This document shows positions 58,907 through 64,000 of a stretch of DNA of 64,000 nt, piece by piece. Source of the DNA: Mobula hypostoma (Eukaryota); the NCBI RefSeq assembly GCF_963921235.1, contig NC_086107.1, positions 98,520,001 to 98,584,000 on the forward strand, written 5' to 3'. The notes below the pieces were generated by a model. The model did no database searches. It was not told the origin of the DNA and worked only from the letters and a program-made list of their open reading frames with translations. Both the position numbers and the translations under genes were made by a program. Position 1 is the first letter of the stretch. The number at the start of each line of letters is the position of its first letter.

Positions 58907-60466
58907 CAGTTGCGGGAAAAAGTTTGTGAACGCTTTGCAATTACCTGGTTTTCTGCATTAGTTACTCGAAATGTGGTTTGATCTTCAGCTAAATCACAAT
59001 AATTGACAAACACAATCTGCCTGAACTAATAACAGCACAAACAATTGTACTTTTCGTCAATACAGAGCACACCATTTAAACAATCACAGTCTAGGTTCAA
59101 AAGGGTATGTGAACCTCTGTGGTAATGCCTTCTACAAAAGCTATTTGAAGTCAGGTGTTCCAATCAATGAGATGAGACTGGATGTGTGGGTTGTAGAGGT
59201 CCCCTGCCCTATAAAAAAGACACGCAAAGTCAGGTTACTGTCAAAGCCTGCTCTTCTCAAGAAAGATCTGTTTATGTGCACCATGCCTTGATCAAAACAA
59301 CTTTCAGAGGACCTTAGAAGAAGAGTGGTAGAGATGCATGAAGCTGGAAGAGGCTACAAAAGAATTTCTAAAGACCTGAGTGTTCATCAGTCCACAGTAA
59401 GAGAAATTGTCTACAAATGGAGGAAATTCAGTACTTTTGCTGCTGTCCCTAGGAGTGGACATCTTACAAAGATCACACCAAGAACACAACATGCAGTGCT
59501 GAAGGAGGTGAAAAAGAACCCAACGTAACAGCAAAAGACCTGAAGAAATCTCTAGAACTTGCTGAAGTCTCTGTTCACTTGTCCACTATAAGGAAAGCAC
59601 TGAACAAGAATAGTGTTCATGGAGGGACACCACAGAGGAAACCACTGATCTCCAAAAAAAAAAAATTGCTGCACGTCTCAAGTTTGCAGAAGACCACCTG
59701 GATGTTTCACAACATGTCTGGGATAATGTTCTGTGGACAGATGAGACAAAAGTTGAACTTTTTGGCAGAAATGTACACCGCTATGTTTGGCGGTGAAAGG
59801 GCACTGCACACCAACACCAAAACCTCATCCCAACTGAAGTATGGTGGAAGGACATACGGTTTGGGGCTGTTTTGATGAATCAGGGCCTAGAAAGCTTGCA
59901 ATTGTTGAGGGATCAATGAATTCAAAATTGTGTCAAGACATTTTACAGGAGAATGTCAGGGTAACAGTCCCTCATCTGAAGCTTAATAGAATGATGCAAC
60001 AAGACGATGATATGAAACACAAGAGTAAATCAACAACAGAGTGGTTTAAAAAGAAAACTCATGTTTTGGAATGGCTGAGTCAGAGTCCAGACCTTAACCC
60101 AATTGAGATGCTGTGGCATGAAGAGGGCTGTTCGTGCAAGCTATCCCAGAAATATTGATGGACTGAAACCATCTTGTATGGATGAATGGTCTTAAAATTC
60201 CTCCTTGCCATTGTGCAAGTGTGATCAACAGCTACAGGAAACATTTGGAGGAGGTAATTGCTGCTAAAGGAGGTTCTACCAGTTATTAAAAACACACAAT
60301 TTCTAGCCTAATGATTAAACAATGTGTTCAGCAAAGACATGAAAAGTACAATTGTCAGTGTGTTATTAGTTTAGGCAGATTGTGTTTATGATTGTGAATT
60401 AGATGAAGATCAGACCACATTTTATGAATAATTAATGCAGAAATTGCAAACTTTTTCTTGCAAATG
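58907..60466 (+). mobile_element. Tc1/mariner transposon, near full length, transposase pseudogene (59283-60289)
   Basis: TA|cagttgc...aaaaagtttgtgaa left end and ...ctttttcttgcaaatg|TA right end. Catalytic-motif remnants WTDETK, QQDDDMKH and SPDLNPIEMLW carry stops and frameshifts. Confidence 0.92.
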
Positions 60467-62125
60467 TATATGTGCTTAAGGGGCGGTTGCTATATGTGAC
60501 TGGTCAATGCAGTGGCATTTACACTGTTAGCAACGTGATTTTTTTTTTATTTAGTACTTGCTAAATGTGGTTGTTGCAGGAAGTATCTGCATGTGGCTGC
60601 TCTGCCCCAGTGTGCGTTTGGAGTGAAGTTAATTCACACTGGTACAGCGTGGTGAAACCTCGCCTTGTTCCTCAGCTGAGTGAAGGTCTAAAAATGGACT
60701 TGTGCACACTTGTCCTATTAGTGGGCTTGTGCAGGTTGGACTGGAGTAGGCTGATGCAACTGTTGGGTCTGGGTCAAGGTCAAGAAGACCAGGCCATTCA
60801 AGACATAGACTAGTTCTTGTCAAGAAATGAAATTGCATGGTCTGCAATGTTTACTGGTCTGGTGTGGATCAGTAACAAGAGACGTACAGATTAAAGCAAG
60901 GCAGTGCAGCCAAAGAATTAGCTGCAGCTAATTGGAAGAACACGTGGATAGCAATAGCCAACACTTAAACAAAAAGCTAGATTAAAAAAATTCTTCGAGA
61001 CACACAAATGTGTTGTTAGGTTATTGATTAACTTATTCCTGAGAGTGGTTAAGTGGGCAATGAACCAGAGGGGAGCTGATGGATATATGGGGCAGGCTAC
61101 AGAGGGAAAAGAGAACGGGATTGCTCTGCTGCGAGACCTGATGGGCTGAATAGCTGCCTCCTACACCAAATGCAAAAATCCAGCAAGAAATTGGACCATA
61201 TATCCATGGTTTATAGGGAAATTCACAAAAAAGGCTTAAAAATAGCTTGAAATGATAGGCCTGAGAATTGAAAGAACTTGAGACAGCACGATAGCATAAA
61301 ATTAGAGTAACACTCTTACAGCGCTGATGACCCTAGTTCAATTCCAACACTGTCTGCCAGGAGTTGGTACATTCTTACCAAGCCCACGTGCTTCCTCCTA
61401 CGTTCCAGAGAAGTACAGGGTAGTAGGTTAATTTGCCGCATGGGTGTAATTGAGCCAGAAGGACCTATTACCAAGCTGTATCTCCAAATAAAAATAAATA
61501 CAATTCAGCAAAGGAGGAACAAAAGAAATCTGAAAAGGCAAGCTAGGGAATGAGAGTAAGTTCACAATAAACGTAAAGGTGAACAGTTAGGGCTTCTTCA
61601 GTGAAGAGAAACGTAGCCCCTTGCAGACAACACTTATTTAAAATGGGGAATGAAGGATGGCAGAAGAATTCAGCAACTGCTTTGTGTTTGTCTTCACAGA
61701 GGAAGTCAAGTTCACCCAGCAATACCAGAGATCCAAGGGTTTAGCAAGTATGTGGAACTAAGAAATAAGCATTTATACAAAAATTATGAAAGCACTAGTG
61801 AGACTGAAAACTGATGATTCCAAGGACCCAGACATGCCAAAGGTTTGAAGTAAGCAGTTACACAGATAGTCCTCTAATTCTCACCTTACAAAACTACCGA
61901 TTCTGGAATTATTCCTGCAGGTTGGAGGATGGCCAGTGTGACTCCAGTGTTTAAGGAAAGAGACAGAAAGCAGGGAACTTTAAACTAGCGGACTTTAAGA
62001 TCAGTTGCAGGAACGATGCTGGAATCTCTATTAAAGTATTTGAGCAGAAATAACATGGAATTAAAAGGAAAATCACATTTGTCTGCTCAGCTGGAGTTAT
62101 GGAGTAGATAAAGGGAAAACAGTTG

Positions 62126-63013
62126 TCCATTCCATTCGTCCCCCCCATCCCTCCCCACTGATCTCCCTCCTGGCACTTACCCGTGTAAGCGGAACAAGTG
62201 CTACACATGCCCTTACACTTCCTCCCTTACCACCATTCAGGGCCCCAGACAGTCCTTCCAGGTGAGGCGACACTTCACCTGTGAGTCGGCTGGGGTGATA
62301 TACTGCGTCCGGTGCTCCTGATGTGGCCTTCTATATATTGGCGAGACCCGACGCAGACTGGGAGACTGCTTTGCTGAACACCTACGCTCTGTCCACCAGA
62401 GAAAGCAGGATCTCCCAGTGGCCACACATTTTAATTCCACATCCCATTCCCATTCTGACATGTCCTCTACTGTAAAGATGAAGCCACACTCAGGTTGGAG
62501 GAACAACACTTTATATTCCGTCTGGGTAGCCTCCAACCTGATGGCATGAACATTGACTTCTCTAACTTCCGCTAATGCCCCACCTCCCCCTCGTACCCCA
62601 TCCGTTATTTATTTTTATGCACACATTCTTTCTCTCACTCTCCTTTTTCTCTCTCTGTCCCTCTGAATATACCCCTTGCCCATCCTCTGGTTCCCCCCCC
62701 CCACCTCCTTGTCTTTCTTCCCGGACCTCCTGTCCCATGATCCTCTCGTATCCCCTTTTGCCAATCACCTGTCCAGCTCTTGGCTCCATCCCTCCCCCTC
62801 CTGTCTTCTCCTATCATTTTGGATCTCCTCCTCCCCCTCCCACTTTCAAATCTCTTACTAACTCTTCCTTCAGTTAGTCCTGACGAAGGGTCTCGGCCTG
62901 AAACGTCGACTGTACCTCTTCCTAGAAATGCTGCCTGGCCTGCTGCGTTCACCAGCAACTTTGATGTGTGTTGCTTGAATTTCCAGCATCTGCAGAGTTC
63001 CTGTTGTTTGTGT
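62126..63013 (+). mobile_element. Young 5'-truncated Penelope-like (Neptune-type) insertion: GIY-YIG end plus terminal repeat
   Basis: PGTYPCKRNKCYTC...GVIYCVRCS*CGLLYIGETRRRLGDCFAEHLRS; 8-bp TSD aacagttg (62118-25 / 63014-21). Confidence 0.88.
62875..62912 (+). ncRNA. Minimal type I hammerhead ribozyme of the Penelope terminal repeat
   Basis: Stem I TAGTC/GACTG, core CTGACGA, stem II GGG-tctcgg-CCT, GAAA, palindromic ACGT stem III, GTC cleavage triplet (after 62907). Confidence 0.8.
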
Positions 63014-63222
63014 AACAGTTGACACAGTGTGTTAGATTTTCAGAAAGTTTTCAATAAGATGTCACAAGGGGATGGTTAGCAAATTTAGATCACTTGTGGA
63101 GACCTGGATTGGCAATTGGTTGTGGACAGAAAACAGAGTAGGAATAAACAGATGCTGCTCAGGCCGTGGGATCGTCACTGGTGGGATACTACAGTGGTCA
63201 GCGCTGGGGCCCCAGTTACTCT

Positions 63223-64000
63223 CTTTCTTTCTTTTTAAATCTTTTTATTGAGTAAGTATACAAAAAAGGTAAGCCATATAAACATTAATACAATGTTAAA
63301 GTATAATAAAATTCCAAAAGATAACAATACCAAAAAGAAAATACTACAAACAATGTAATTTAAGCATAAGAAACCAAGATAACATAATAGTATACTAAAT
63401 TTTATATATATCAATGGAAAAAAAAAGAAAAAAAAACCCCAAAAAAAAAACCCACCGTGCAACTAACTAAAAGCAAAGCAAAGCAATGGGCTAACTTGAA
63501 ACCAAACAGAGTTAAACTTAAAATCACGTCCTCAATCCCGACCTCCATTAAAACAGTGAAGAAAAAACAAGAAGGGTAAATATTACATTAAATGAAAATA
63601 TCGAATAAAAGGTCCCCAAATCTGTTCAAATTTAAATGAAGAATCATAAAGGTTACTTCTAATTTTCTCCAGATTCAAACATAAAATCGTCTGAGAAAAC
63701 CAAAAAAAGGTAGTTGGAGCATTAAGCTCTTTCCAATGTTGTAAAATACATCTTTTCGCCATTAAAGTAAGAAATGCAATCATTCTACGGGCTGAAGGGG
63801 AAAGATTACTAGAAATTTTAGGTAGTCCAAAGATAGCAGTAATAGGGTGAGGAGAGATATCTATATTTAATACCTTAGAAATAATATTGAAAATATCTCT
63901 CCAAAAAGTTTCCAAAGTAGGGCAAGACCAAAACATATGAGTTAAAGAGGCTATCTGCCCCGAACATCTATCACAGAAAGGATTAATATGCGAGTAAAAA
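63223..64000 (-). mobile_element. L1 copy 3 (3' end; runs off the window)
   Basis: ORF2 C-terminus 63583-63936 is identical in protein to copies 1 and 2; same 3' UTR and (AAAG)n tail. Confidence 0.96.

Larger units (their letters stand above)
61500..63220 (+). mobile_element. Old CR1 ORF2 remnant hosting a Penelope insertion and L1 copy 3
   Basis: ttcctgcaggttggaggatggccagtgtgactccagtgtttaagga (PxDWRxAxVTPxFK). The sequence rejoins across the Penelope insert as gtagataaagggaaaacagttg|acacagtgtgttagattttcagaaag. Confidence 0.7.

Noticed and set aside
19824..64000. L1 copies as a segmental duplication or assembly duplication
   Set aside because: Each copy has different flanks, and copies 1 and 2 have their own perfect TSDs.

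Overview
Eukaryotic, repeat-rich vertebrate DNA. The repeat repertoire (CR1, Rex1/Babar, Penelope, V-SINEs, Tc1) suggests a cartilaginous fish, probably a ray (inference). The window holds one complete protein-coding gene, TAB1 (TAK1-binding protein 1, a PP2C-fold pseudophosphatase), on the + strand. I reconstructed 11 coding exons from 6087 to 57208; all introns are GT-AG and phase-consistent, giving 1524 nt and 507 aa. The gene starts in a CpG-island promoter, and a ~2.6 kb pure C/T tract fills intron 1. Three near-identical young L1 elements are present: full-length sense in intron 4, full-length intact antisense in intron 9 (both with 16-bp TSDs), and one cut by the window end. The most notable unannotated signal is a ~560-bp non-coding retroposon in sense orientation in TAB1 intron 4. 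It begins exactly at the predicted cleavage site of a complete HDV-like ribozyme fold that carries an unusual extra hairpin after L3. Other highlights are minimal hammerhead ribozymes in the Penelope terminal repeats, a 5.9-kb intragenic inverted L1 pair around exons 5-9, an inverted copy of the L1 5' terminus inside its long inter-ORF spacer, and a retained PP2C metal-ligand Asp in TAB1. Boundaries of old repeats are approximate, and all family names come from motif recognition, not database searches.
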